Below are positions 16,963 through 25,685 of a stretch of DNA of 61,719 nt, one piece after another. Positions within the stretch are counted from its first letter, which is position 1, and every line of letters begins with the position of its first letter. The notes below the pieces were generated by a model that made no database searches, was not told where the DNA came from, and worked only from the letters and a program-made list of their open reading frames with translations. The translations under genes were made by a program, and so were the position numbers. Where the stretch lies: positions 1 to 61,719 of the IMG/VR virus record IMGVR_UViG_3300045999_005102. One strand, 5' to 3'. The stretch comes from a virus. Lineage: Duplodnaviria > Caudoviricetes.

Positions 16963-17175
16963 TTAGGCCTCGCCACCCTCGCTGTCAGCAACCGGCGCCT
17001 CGGCCTTGGCCTGCTCCTTCTGCTGCGCCGCCTGGACCTGCTCCAGGGCCACGCGGCGGATGCCAACGACCATCTCGTTGACCTCGTCGTGCGGCAACTT
17101 GCCGAGCGCGGCCAGGATGACGTTGACGTGGCCGACCGTCATCGTCAGGGTGATGGGGATCTGTGTGATGTCCAT
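16963..17175 (-). CDS. Hypothetical protein
   Basis: 70-aa ORF within the operon. Confidence 0.7.
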   Translation of the reverse strand: MDITQIPITLTMTVGHVNVILAALGKLPHDEVNEMVVGIRRVALEQVQAAQQKEQAKAEAPVADSEGGEA

Positions 17176-17178
17176 GAG

Positions 17179-17652
17179 TTACTTCATCCAGGGAGCCACA
17201 GCCGGGGCGGCTGCGGCGGGTGCTGCGGGGCGAGGAGCGGCCGCGGCGGATTGGCCACCGCTCACGCTCTCGTACTTCTTGATGATGTTGCCTTCGCGCT
17301 TTTTGTCATCGACCTCCACGCCGACCGTAATCATCAGCGGCCGGTTGTGGAGTTCGGACGAGTCGTTGGGCTTGATGACACCGACGGCCCGGCAGATGGC
17401 GCCCAGTTCGCGCTGGGCGATATCGACCGCCGTCTGGTTCGGGTTCTGCAGGTTGAGGCGGGCCCACACCTTGCGGCCCTTGCACGGACCATCCAGCACC
17501 TCGAAGGTGAACTGCAGGTACGCGCCCGTGCCGCTCTTGGTGGGCTTCATCTCGCTGGCCGTGGCGAGCACCACGTACTGCCCCTCGGGCAGAGCATCGA
17601 AACTCTGCTGCTCGGGGACTTGGCTTGCGTCGAATCCTAAAAGTGATGCCAT
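17179..17652 (-). CDS. DUF669-like single-stranded DNA-binding protein
   Basis: FDA..V......F..LPEGQY, G.YLQFTFEVLDG..KGRKVW..LNL.N and an Ala/Pro tail ending PW; near the Sak4-like ATPase. Confidence 0.8.
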   Translation of the reverse strand: MASLLGFDASQVPEQQSFDALPEGQYVVLATASEMKPTKSGTGAYLQFTFEVLDGPCKGRKVWARLNLQNPNQTAVDIAQRELGAICRAVGVIKPNDSSELHNRPLMITVGVEVDDKKREGNIIKKYESVSGGQSAAAAPRPAAPAAAAPAVAPWMK

Positions 17653-17670
17653 GGGTTACTTCCTTCGGTA

Positions 17671-17687
17671 GTTGAGAAAAACTCGAT
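17671..17687. promoter_or_regulatory. Operator-like palindrome GTTGAG-N5-CTCGAT
   Basis: Matches the palindromes at the cI/cro switch. Confidence 0.6.
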
Positions 17688-17935
17688 CAGGCGGCCGCGG
17701 CTTCGGCCGGGGCCTCGACGGCAACCGTCTCCGGCTTGGGTGCCCGGATCACGGTCATGCCGTCGCGCACCAGCACGGCCGCTTCGAGGGCCGTTGGCAC
17801 GCTGACGCTGAACAGGTCCGATGCCATCGTCTTGATGGCGGCGGCGGGGTGGTGGGCCTCAACCAGAACGCTGTCCTGCGTCTGGTTGTTGCTCACGAGA
17901 TAAAGGCGGTTGAGTGCGGACATGATTCCTTTCAT
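17687..17935 (-). CDS. Hypothetical protein
   Basis: ORF within the operon; the true start may be ATG 17923. Confidence 0.65.
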   Translation of the reverse strand: MKGIMSALNRLYLVSNNQTQDSVLVEAHHPAAAIKTMASDLFSVSVPTALEAAVLVRDGMTVIRAPKPETVAVEAPAEAAAA

Positions 17936-17949
17936 AGTTGAGGGGCGGG

Positions 17950-18687
17950 TTATGCAGCGGAGCCTGAGATCGCGTTGGCAAACGTGTTCCAGTCAAGCGG
18001 CATCTGGGTGGGGAGACCGTACCGGTTCTTTGCGAGGTACGCGGGCGTCTCCTGGGTGTACATCAGGCGCTCGCCGGTCGTGATACCGCGAGTGACTGAC
18101 TTGTTGAACCCGACGTCGTCCTTCTTGACGAGCGTGCGGTAGTTGGCAAACAGAACCGCGTCGGCCCATTCCTGCAGCAGCGCCGATGCGCGGGCCTGGA
18201 GCTTGGGCTGATAGCGGTCGTAGGGCTCCACCTCGGGGCTGTCGAACCGCTTGATCTCGCAGTGCCCGACGAGGATTACGACCATGTTGCGGTCGTTGCG
18301 CAGGGCGTTGAAGCCGTCCAGGATCTCGCGCCACTTGTCGGCCAGGATGAGCGCACCCTTGCCGTAGGCCAGTTCCTTCGCGTCGTACTTGGTCTCAATC
18401 TCGCGCTGCAGGATGTTCTCCAGCCAGTCGGCCGAGTCCAGCACCACGGTCTTGTAGTCGTGCTTCTCGGTGTAGAGCGTCTTTACCGCGGCAAAGACGT
18501 CCCCGCTGGACTTGGCCATCGGGAAACTGCTGGTGTCAATCGAGCCCAGGCCGTCCTCAGTCGTGATGAAGATGGGGTCCGGGGCCGCTGCGGCGAACGT
18601 GCTCTTGCCGATGCCGTGGGGGGCATAGAGGAAGATGCGCGGCGCGTGGATCGCCTTGCCCTTCTTGATAGATGACAGATCAAACAT
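17950..18687 (-). CDS. AAA_24 / Sak4-like ATPase (recombination)
   Basis: YAPHGIGKSTFA, TEDG, YKTVVLDSADWLE and AKNRYGLP. Confidence 0.88.
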   Translation of the reverse strand: MFDLSSIKKGKAIHAPRIFLYAPHGIGKSTFAAAAPDPIFITTEDGLGSIDTSSFPMAKSSGDVFAAVKTLYTEKHDYKTVVLDSADWLENILQREIETKYDAKELAYGKGALILADKWREILDGFNALRNDRNMVVILVGHCEIKRFDSPEVEPYDRYQPKLQARASALLQEWADAVLFANYRTLVKKDDVGFNKSVTRGITTGERLMYTQETPAYLAKNRYGLPTQMPLDWNTFANAISGSAA

Positions 18688-18913
18688 CTTTACTTCCTTC
18701 CGTCGTGATGATGCGCGAGGGCTCCGGGTCCAGTTCCGGCACCGTGTCCTCGACTTTGGTGAACGTCTTGGCCGTGCCGAGCACAGCCTGTAGGAGTTGG
18801 TAGATCATCCCGTGAGCCTGTGACTTGGGATCGAGTTCGGCGCCGAAGTCGGCGCCGACCGTCACCTGTCCAGTCAAGGGGTCGTCTTCAATGGTGATGG
18901 TGCCTCGGGCCAT
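18680..18913 (-). CDS. Hypothetical protein
   Basis: ATG in a TAATG overlap with the upstream gene. Confidence 0.7.
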   Translation of the reverse strand: MARGTITIEDDPLTGQVTVGADFGAELDPKSQAHGMIYQLLQAVLGTAKTFTKVEDTVPELDPEPSRIITTEGSKDV

Positions 18914-19296
18914 TACGCGCCACCCCCAACAGGCTTCACTTCCACCGCCGTCTTGGCCGGCTTGATCTCGATGGGCAGGAGGGCGTAGAGGGCGGGGTCG
19001 TTGTCCCGCAGCCACTTGACTCCCTTCTCGTCGAGTTCCGGCTTCATCTTGACCGGGTGCAGGTTGGCCGGGATCGAACCCTTGACCTGATCCCACTTGT
19101 CCCAGTCCATCTTCCGGATCACCTTGCCGGTGACGGCCACCTTGAAAGCGCCGGCCTCGTGGGTCTGGGCGCCTTCGTCGCGTTTGCCGGTGAGGCCAAC
19201 GATCATGTCCTCGATGGCCACGCGCAGGGCCGCGGCCTTGCGCTCAGATTCCTTGGCCGCGAGCCAGTCTTGGCAGAGTGCTTCAAGGGTGTTCAT
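18913..19296 (-). CDS. Phage hypothetical protein of the recombination operon
   Basis: AAGGAG RBS; WLAAKESE...R..IED pattern typical of genes preceding Sak4-like ATPases. Confidence 0.75.
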   Translation of the reverse strand: MNTLEALCQDWLAAKESERKAAALRVAIEDMIVGLTGKRDEGAQTHEAGAFKVAVTGKVIRKMDWDKWDQVKGSIPANLHPVKMKPELDEKGVKWLRDNDPALYALLPIEIKPAKTAVEVKPVGGGA

Positions 19297-19441
19297 GTGC
19301 GGGCTCCTTGGCCTTGCTGGGGGGAATCCACCCGTACTTGGCCCAGGTGCGGGCGACGTCCGTGGCCGCCGCGGGCACGTAGTTGAATCGGCTGTCTGTC
19401 AGCCGATATGGCGGCATTGCTGTTTTGGGTTTTCGCTTCAT
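19283..19441 (-). CDS. Small first gene of the leftward operon
   Basis: 52 aa containing FNYVPAAATDVARTWAKYGW; directly after the PL-like promoter. Confidence 0.6.
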   Translation of the reverse strand: MKRKPKTAMPPYRLTDSRFNYVPAAATDVARTWAKYGWIPPSKAKEPAHEHP

Positions 19442-19454
19442 CGGGTACTTCGGT

Positions 19455-19499
19455 AGTGAGGGGGACTCGACTGTATTCTTGGGTCGAGAAAAACTCAAC
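19455..19499 (-). promoter_or_regulatory. PL-like sigma70 promoter overlapped by two operators
   Basis: TTGAGT(19498-19493)-N17-TACAGT(19475-19470); operators at 19455-19471 and 19483-19499. Confidence 0.75.
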
Positions 19500-19530
19500 C
19501 CCCCACCCGTAGAGTTGCGCATCCGCAACA

Positions 19531-20151
19531 TCAGATCAAAGAGCGCCTGACGGTGACCTCGGTGACGCGCCCGATGATGCGCACACCCTCCTGCAGGCGC
19601 ACGGTGGGCCAGCGCGCATCGTCGGCCACGAGCAACTGATTCCCGCCGTCGGTGACCAGTCGGCGCATGACGGGTTCCCCGGCCCTGGAGACGGCCGCGA
19701 ACACGATGGAGTTCGGCGGTGTAGGGTGCGACTTGGACACCACAGCGTAGGCCCCCGACGGGCACGCGCTGGTGAGCGCATCGCTGGCCACAAGCACGCC
19801 GGCCGCTGTGTGGGGCGGATAGGCGATCGCCGTCTGCAGCAGTTCGGTAACCGCCTCCCAGCGCCACTTCAAGAGGGAAGAGGCCGGCACCACGGGCACA
19901 GTCCACAGCGGCGGGCCGGTGCGCTTGACCTTGGAGGGTGGCATTACATCCACGCCCAGCAGCCAGTCGGTGGACACGCCGAACCACTCGGACAAGCGCG
20001 CCAGTTCCCCGGGCCGCGGCTCGGTCTTGCACTTCTCCCACAAGTTGATTGCCGAGGGCGACAAACCCATCCGCTTGGCGACGTCACGCTGCGTGGGCGT
20101 GGGGTACAGCGCGAGCCGTGCCGCTCTGATGCGTTGACCTACGTAAGACAT
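19531..20151 (-). CDS. cI: CI-like repressor (HTH plus degenerate S24 domain)
   Basis: TQRDVAKRMGLSPSAINLWE helix-turn-helix; S24-like C-terminus ending RIIGRV; divergent from cro. Confidence 0.88.
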   Translation of the reverse strand: MSYVGQRIRAARLALYPTPTQRDVAKRMGLSPSAINLWEKCKTEPRPGELARLSEWFGVSTDWLLGVDVMPPSKVKRTGPPLWTVPVVPASSLLKWRWEAVTELLQTAIAYPPHTAAGVLVASDALTSACPSGAYAVVSKSHPTPPNSIVFAAVSRAGEPVMRRLVTDGGNQLLVADDARWPTVRLQEGVRIIGRVTEVTVRRSLI

Positions 20152-20192
20152 AGATGCCTCCAGGCATAGGTACAAACCCTAGACCATAGGGT

Positions 20193-20254
20193 ATCGAGAT
20201 TGACTCGATCTTGTAAAGTCCTATGATCCAGTCTAGAGTTGAGTTTTCCTCAAG
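20193..20254 (+). promoter_or_regulatory. PR-like promoter with two operators
   Basis: TTGACT(20200)-N16-TATGAT(20222); ATCGAG-N5-CTCGAT at 20193-20209 and GTTGAG-N5-CTCAAG at 20238-20254. Confidence 0.75.
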
Positions 20255-20262
20255 CATTGAGT

Positions 20263-20514
20263 ATGAGCAAAGACAGTCCAATCGGGTTCACGGTTGATGG
20301 CGTGCTGGCTGCGGCCGGTGGCCATGCAGCGGTGGCCAATGCCTGCGGGGTGACCGTGCAGGCCGTGGCCAAGTGGGGGCGGCGAGTCCCGGATCGTCAC
20401 GCGCAGATCGTTGCGGTGATGGCCGGCTTGCCGCTGGAGATCGTGCGGCCAGACCTCGTGCGCGCAGGCCACGAGCAGGCTGCAAGATGGGCAAAAGGGA
20501 GACGAAGGAAATGA
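20263..20514 (+). CDS. cro: Cro/YdaS-like regulator
   Basis: AGG.AAVANACGVTVQAVAKW...VP and IVRPDL signature. Confidence 0.85.
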   Translation: MSKDSPIGFTVDGVLAAAGGHAAVANACGVTVQAVAKWGRRVPDRHAQIVAVMAGLPLEIVRPDLVRAGHEQAARWAKGRRRK

Positions 20515-20615
20515 CCTACGTTGCGGTGTTTGTGCTGGGGGCCTGGGTGGGCGTCTTGGTGATGTGCTTGATGTTCGTGGCAAAGGACGGAGACCAAGAG
20601 GGCTACCGTGAATGA
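20511..20615 (+). CDS. Small membrane protein
   Basis: 34 aa with one hydrophobic helix; ATGA coupling. Confidence 0.55.
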   Translation: MTYVAVFVLGAWVGVLVMCLMFVAKDGDQEGYRE

Positions 20616-20947
20616 AGTGCCCGCACTGTCACAAGGAGTCCAAGGGACGGGTGATCTCGTCGCGGCGCCTGGATGCGGACGTCTGGCGCATCCGCCTGTG
20701 CGGCATCTGCACCAAGCAGTTCGTCTCACGCGAGACGACATCCATGGACTTGAAGTTTCCATGGGACGAGATACAGAAACGCCGACGTCGGGCCGTCGCG
20801 CCCGAGGAAAAGCCCGTCCAGAAAGAGAACCGGTGGGTGTTCCCCGACAAGTTGTGGTTAGGCCATGGCCCTTCCTCTACTCCTACCAGGGAGACGGAAG
20901 AGTCGTTGTCAATCGAGCAAAACGCGGGCCCAGGTGCCCAGAAGTAG
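20612..20947 (+). CDS. NrdR-like zinc-ribbon protein (candidate transcription regulator)
   Basis: MKCPHC...VISSR...RIRLCGIC..QFVSRE. Confidence 0.7.
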   Translation: MKCPHCHKESKGRVISSRRLDADVWRIRLCGICTKQFVSRETTSMDLKFPWDEIQKRRRRAVAPEEKPVQKENRWVFPDKLWLGHGPSSTPTRETEESLSIEQNAGPGAQK

Positions 20948-20957
20948 GAGAAGCACT

Positions 20958-21140
20958 GTGGTGAAGAAGTTACCCAAGGGCCTTGACCAGCAGGGCCGCT
21001 ACCCAGAGGCCGCGCACGCGGCGACCGAGATCGACAGCCTGGAGCGCGAAATCCAGAGCGGCGTGCGAGATGCCGTGGTCGCCGTCTGTGTGGCCGCTGT
21101 GGCGATGGGCACCGGGTTGTTGGTGGCGTGGCTGTTATGA
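20958..21140 (+). CDS. Small protein with C-terminal transmembrane helix
   Basis: AGGAG RBS before GTG; DQQGRYPEAA motif. Confidence 0.6.
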   Translation: MVKKLPKGLDQQGRYPEAAHAATEIDSLEREIQSGVRDAVVAVCVAAVAMGTGLLVAWLL

Positions 21141-21292
21141 GGAGCAGAGAGGAATGGGGCGCGGTATCCACCGAGATCCTGCGGCTGCTGACCGACTACG
21201 GCCCGATGACGCGATCCGAGATCTGCGCGCACCTTGGGGGAATGGGCCGTGATGCCCGCGCCGCCATCGCACGGGCGGAGGGGGAGGTATGA
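21137..21292 (+). CDS. Small wHTH-like fragment (51 aa; not in the ORF track)
   Basis: ATGA-coupled at both ends; ILRLLTDYGPMTRSEICAHLG. Confidence 0.5.
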   Translation: MRSREEWGAVSTEILRLLTDYGPMTRSEICAHLGGMGRDARAAIARAEGEV

Positions 21293-21588
21293 CCCCCCTA
21301 CGCGAAGCCGCCCAGCAGGCGCTGGCGGCGTTGGAAGGAGGCGGGGATTCTTGGGTTTTGATCGGGCCTGCAATCGAAGCCCTCCGCGCCGCGCTGGAGC
21401 AGCCCAACGAATGCCACTGGTACCAAGACGGCGACGAGGATTCCGACAAGTGGGCCGCATCGTGCGGCAGGCATCGCTATTTCCAACTGAACGACGGCAC
21501 CCCGACCGACAACAGAATGAAGCACTGCTGCTACTGCGGCAAGCCGCTGGTCGAGGTGCCCATTGAACCGGAGGATAACCATGACTGA
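21289..21588 (+). CDS. Hypothetical protein (AAQQAL module plus Cys-rich domain)
   Basis: GGAGG RBS; C..CGK zinc-like motif. Confidence 0.7.
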   Translation: MTPLREAAQQALAALEGGGDSWVLIGPAIEALRAALEQPNECHWYQDGDEDSDKWAASCGRHRYFQLNDGTPTDNRMKHCCYCGKPLVEVPIEPEDNHD

Positions 21589-21883
21589 CCTGAGAACCGC
21601 CGCCCAGCAGGCGCTTGAAGCTCTGGAAGAGCTGAACGGCTGGCAGTCGCTGGCTCCGCCGTTGGCGTCCCAAGCTGGGAGACAGGCGGCAATCAACCTG
21701 CGCGCCGCGCTGGAGCAGTTTGCCCACCCACCCCGCCGCGAGCCGGAGCGGGGGCCGCAATGCAACCCGCACCCCAATGCACCGCACGGATTTTTGCGAA
21801 ACGCCAGCCACACCGAGGGCCGCTACGTCTGCGCGTGTGAGTATTGGCAGCCCTGCGAGGCCGCGCATGAGATCAAGGAGTAG
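21581..21883 (+). CDS. Hypothetical protein (AAQQAL module plus HPNAPHGF..RYVCACE domain)
   Basis: GGAGG RBS; N-terminus paralogous to the previous gene. Confidence 0.7.
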   Translation: MTDLRTAAQQALEALEELNGWQSLAPPLASQAGRQAAINLRAALEQFAHPPRREPERGPQCNPHPNAPHGFLRNASHTEGRYVCACEYWQPCEAAHEIKE

Positions 21884-21885
21884 TA

Positions 21886-24321
21886 GTGTCCGATTCAGGT
21901 TCACCGTTCGCCCGACGCGCCTACGCCTACCTTGAGCGAGGCTACTGCGTCATCCCCATCGCGCCGGGCACCAAGCGGCCGGGCCAATGGTCCCAGGCCG
22001 ACGGCTGGCGCGGCATGCCCGACTGGGAGAGGTTCTTCACCCGCATGCCCACCGAACTCGAACTGGAGCACTGGTATCAGTGGCCAGACGCGGGCATCGG
22101 CCTGTTGCTGGGCAAGCAGTCCAAGATCATCGCCCTGGACCGTGACTACGACACCAACGGGACCGATGCCCTCGATCGCCTGATTCCCTGGACCCCAGTC
22201 AAGAAGAAGGGCGCGAAGGGCTGGACCGGCTTCTACCGGTACAACGGAGAGCGGTCCTGCAGCTTCAACATCGGCGGCGTGCGCGTGCTCGACGTCCTGG
22301 CAGAGGGGCGGCAGACCCTCATGCCCGGCACGATCCACCCCGACGGGCACACCTACGTGTACCTGACGGAGGACATGCTGGAGGACTTCGACCCGGCCGA
22401 TCTGCCCGTGCTGCCCGACGACTTTTTGCTGCAGGTCGAGCGCATCATCGCGCCGTACCAGACAGAAGAAGACCGCAAGACCATGCGCGGCAAGACCTCG
22501 TACAAGGTCGATGACGCGCCGATCAACACGGACCTGAGCATCCAGGCCCAGTATTTCCGCGAGATCAACTCCCAGGCCCTGGCCAACCTCGACTTGTGGG
22601 TGCCGCGACTGGTGCCGCACGCGACCCGCGACGGTGCGGGATATCGGTGCGTGGCCGTCTGGCGCAACGTCAAGAATCCCAACGTCGGCATCCACCCCCG
22701 AGGCATCTTCGACTTCGGTGGCAACTACGGGATGACGCCGATCGACATCGTGATGTACCTGCACGGCCTGTCGTTCGCCAAGGCGGCCGAGTCCCTGCGC
22801 TCGTGCTTGCCGATGGCCGAGCCGGAGCCGATCCAGATGACGGTGGGCGCAGCCATCGCACCCTTGAGAGAGTCGCCACCACCGACCCCCAAGGAGCCGC
22901 CCAAGCCGTTGACACCAGCACCAAAGCCGCTGACGCTGCCCTGGCAGAGAGCCACTGCCGTGGAGTCGGTGCAACTGCCATCCGAGACCAGCGTGGACCC
23001 CGCGCCGGCCATCGAGGCGTTCATCCTCAACCCGCCCGGCATCCTCAAGACCATCGCCGACTGGATCACGGCCACCGCCCCAAAGAGCCAGCCGGAACTC
23101 GCCGTTGCCGCGGCCATCGCCCTGTGCTCGACCGTCATGGGCCGCGCCTATCGCAGCCAGTACGGCAACTGGACGTCGCTGTACCTCGTGATGGTGGCGC
23201 GCTCTACAGAGGGCAAGGAGCACCCCCAGGCCTGCGCAGAGAAGATCTTGACCCACTCCAACCTTTCATCGCTCATCGGAGGGTCAGGCTACACCTCGTC
23301 GGGCGCCGTGTTCTCGGCTTTGCTCAAGTCTCCAGCGCATCTCGTCACCATCGACGAGATGGGCAAGCTGCTCAAACTCAGCCGGGCCAAAGGGCAGTCC
23401 CACGCCGAGGCCGCGATCGACAAACTCATCGAGGCCTACGGCCGCTGCGACGGCATCATGCGCCCACCGACCTACAGCACGATGGCGCTCAAGGCGTCCG
23501 AGAAGCCATCTGAGAGAGTGATCCACAACCCGTCGATCACGCTGCTCGGCGCGACCACCCCAGGCACGTTCTACGGGGCGCTGACGGATGACCTCGTGCA
23601 TGACGGCTTCCTGGGCCGCTGCATCGTGGTGGAAAGCCGCCAGCCGCGCCAGTTGACCCGCTTCGTGGATCGCACCGACCCACCTCAGAGAGCGATCGAC
23701 TGGTGCCGAGGCGTCTACATCGAGGCCGCCCAGCCAGAGGAGGGGAACCTAGTCAACCTCGTGGCAGCGGAGATGCCGCCGCATCACATCGTCCTGCCCT
23801 TTAGCGACGAATGCAGGCCGCTGATGGATCGCTTCGAGGGAGTGCTCAACGATGCCAAGGAGGCCGCAGAGGGTGACAAGCTGGACGTGCTGCTGGGCCG
23901 CACCCTTGAGAAGGCGCTGCGACTGGCGATGATCTGCGCCAAGGCGGACAACCCCGACAACAAGCAGATTCAGCCCGCCCACCTGGAGTGGGCCATCAAG
24001 TACGTGCGTCACTACGACATGGCCCTGCTGCGCACGGTCAAGGCACAGAGAGCGGTCAACGAGACCGACGCCGACATCAAGAGAGCGGTGGAGTTCATCA
24101 AGCAGGCCAAGACCTACCTCAAGAATCCCAAGTACCGGCCCAAGTGGGGCAAGGCCCTCGAAGCCGGTGGCATGCCTCACAGCATGCTGTTGCGATTCAT
24201 GCACATGAAGGCCGCGGACTTCAAGAGGCTGATGGAAACCGCCAAGGAGGCGGGCATCATCCATTGGGGTCCGACACCCGACCTCGGAGCGGGTGACGTC
24301 TATTTCCTGGTCGATGAATAG
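21886..24321 (+). CDS. Bifunctional primase-polymerase fused to a DUF3987-like helicase
   Basis: VIPIAPGTKRP, GIGLLLG and IIALD in the N-terminus; ARSTEGKE (Walker A-like), IDEMG (Walker B) and DGFLGR in the C-terminus. Confidence 0.85.
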   Translation: MSDSGSPFARRAYAYLERGYCVIPIAPGTKRPGQWSQADGWRGMPDWERFFTRMPTELELEHWYQWPDAGIGLLLGKQSKIIALDRDYDTNGTDALDRLIPWTPVKKKGAKGWTGFYRYNGERSCSFNIGGVRVLDVLAEGRQTLMPGTIHPDGHTYVYLTEDMLEDFDPADLPVLPDDFLLQVERIIAPYQTEEDRKTMRGKTSYKVDDAPINTDLSIQAQYFREINSQALANLDLWVPRLVPHATRDGAGYRCVAVWRNVKNPNVGIHPRGIFDFGGNYGMTPIDIVMYLHGLSFAKAAESLRSCLPMAEPEPIQMTVGAAIAPLRESPPPTPKEPPKPLTPAPKPLTLPWQRATAVESVQLPSETSVDPAPAIEAFILNPPGILKTIADWITATAPKSQPELAVAAAIALCSTVMGRAYRSQYGNWTSLYLVMVARSTEGKEHPQACAEKILTHSNLSSLIGGSGYTSSGAVFSALLKSPAHLVTIDEMGKLLKLSRAKGQSHAEAAIDKLIEAYGRCDGIMRPPTYSTMALKASEKPSERVIHNPSITLLGATTPGTFYGALTDDLVHDGFLGRCIVVESRQPRQLTRFVDRTDPPQRAIDWCRGVYIEAAQPEEGNLVNLVAAEMPPHHIVLPFSDECRPLMDRFEGVLNDAKEAAEGDKLDVLLGRTLEKALRLAMICAKADNPDNKQIQPAHLEWAIKYVRHYDMALLRTVKAQRAVNETDADIKRAVEFIKQAKTYLKNPKYRPKWGKALEAGGMPHSMLLRFMHMKAADFKRLMETAKEAGIIHWGPTPDLGAGDVYFLVDE

Positions 24322-24323
24322 AG

Positions 24324-24344
24324 AGGGGCCCCGAGGGGCCCCTT
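24324..24344. terminator. GC hairpin between convergent operons
   Basis: AGGGGCCCC-GA-GGGGCCCCT between the stops at 24321 and 24346. Confidence 0.55.
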
Positions 24345-24345
24345 G

Positions 24346-24690
24346 TCATGCTGCTGGTTGTTCCTTGGCCTTGCGTGGCCGCTTCACCCCCTTGGGGTAA
24401 GGCTTCTTGTTGCGGGCCCCTGGCGGGCGCCCACGAGGCCGCCCGGTGGGTGGCCGCTTGTAATCCTTGTAATCCCAGTGAGGCACGTCGTTGGGGTTGA
24501 TGACAGCGTGGCGCTCCGGCACAACCAGCACCCGATCCTCGCCCCACTTGTCAGGCCCCCAGACAACCCCCGGGAGGAAGTTGTCGATCCTGAACCAGTG
24601 CGCGGCGACGTACAGGGGCACGCCGTGCTTCTTGGCAACGTCCGCGACGGTCAGCCAGCGAGTCACCCGAATGTGCGCGGCCCGTGGCAT
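24346..24690 (-). CDS. Putative DNA-binding protein (HTH-like N-terminus, AT-hook-like basic tail)
   Basis: LTVADVAKKHGV; TGRPRGRPPGARNKK. Confidence 0.65.
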   Translation of the reverse strand: MPRAAHIRVTRWLTVADVAKKHGVPLYVAAHWFRIDNFLPGVVWGPDKWGEDRVLVVPERHAVINPNDVPHWDYKDYKRPPTGRPRGRPPGARNKKPYPKGVKRPRKAKEQPAA

Positions 24691-24691
24691 G

Positions 24692-25180
24692 TCAGATCAA
24701 CCCCCGCTCGGCCATCGACACTGCCGAAGACCCACCGACGATGACGTGATCCAGCACCCGCACGTCCACCAAGTGCAGCGAAGCCTTCAGCGTTTGCGTC
24801 ATGAACTCATCGGCTCGGCTGGGCTCGGCTTGGCCCGAGGGGTGGTTGTGAGACAGGATCACTCCAGCCGCGTTGTGTCGCAGGGCAGCCTTCACGATCT
24901 CGCGGGGGTACACGCTGGTTTGGGTAAGGGTGCCCCGAAACATGGTCTCGGTCGCAAGGGGGCGGTTATGCGAGTCAAGGAACATGACCGTGAACTCCTC
25001 GTGCTCCAGGTGCGCAGCGCGCAGGGTCAGGAAAGACCTGACGGTACGCGGGTCGCTCATCGCGTCCGCCTTGTTGACGCGGCGCTCCAGAATCTCCAGG
25101 GCACGGGCAATGGTGTCGTTTTCGATGTCACCCAGCAGGCGATAGGGTGCGGGGTCTTCGGTGCGTACTTCAGTCTTCAT
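24692..25180 (-). CDS. radC: RadC-family JAB-domain protein
   Basis: EEF.VMFLD, GTL..TSVYPREIVK, HNHPSG..EPS.AD and VLDHVIVG. Confidence 0.92.
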   Translation of the reverse strand: MKTEVRTEDPAPYRLLGDIENDTIARALEILERRVNKADAMSDPRTVRSFLTLRAAHLEHEEFTVMFLDSHNRPLATETMFRGTLTQTSVYPREIVKAALRHNAAGVILSHNHPSGQAEPSRADEFMTQTLKASLHLVDVRVLDHVIVGGSSAVSMAERGLI

Positions 25181-25343
25181 GATGCTTCAATGCTTTCGAT
25201 GCTGCTAGGCCAGCGCACACAGCGCCAGCCAGGATGGTAAAGAAGGGGGCCGGGCCAATCAGCCCGACCCACAACCATATGACCGCCACGAATACGACGA
25301 TCATGGATGCCACTAGGGTTAGGGCGGCGATGGTGTCACGCAT
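25170..25343 (-). CDS. Small two-helix membrane protein (57 aa; not in the ORF track)
   Basis: MRDTIAALTLVASMIVVFVAVIWLWVGLIG...; fills the gap between neighbours. Confidence 0.5.
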   Translation of the reverse strand: MRDTIAALTLVASMIVVFVAVIWLWVGLIGPAPFFTILAGAVCAGLAASKALKHHED

Positions 25344-25346
25344 GGG

Positions 25347-25685
25347 TCAGTAGTTGTAGGACACCCGCGTCTCCAGCACCACGCGCCGGCCATGCCGGTG
25401 CAGGACTCGGGTGGTGTAGCTGGCGCAGCCGCAGCAGTCGTACTCGTGGGCACAGCCCCAGCGGGAGAAGGTGTCCACCAGGGCCCGGCAGGCCGCGTCC
25501 CGGTCCACCCCGGGCGGCAGGGTGGCCCAGCGGATGTAGGTACGCCCCTCGTCGTACCCGTTGCCGGGATCGACGATCCGCCCGGGAGTGACCTTGGCCG
25601 CGCCGAGGTAGCGCCATTCGTCCAGGTGTCTGAACGTGCCGACATAGCGGTGGGTCAGGCGTAGGGATAGGGGGTGGGTGTTCAT
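25347..25685 (-). CDS. Hypothetical early protein with C.HEYDCCGC motif
   Basis: ATGA-coupled; Cys/His cluster. Confidence 0.7.
   Translation of the reverse strand: MNTHPLSLRLTHRYVGTFRHLDEWRYLGAAKVTPGRIVDPGNGYDEGRTYIRWATLPPGVDRDAACRALVDTFSRWGCAHEYDCCGCASYTTRVLHRHGRRVVLETRVSYNY

Noticed and set aside
19283-20041. 252-aa ORF overlapping cI
   Set aside because: Only the last 52 codons follow the promoter and leader; the rest is an alternate frame of cI crossing the operators.
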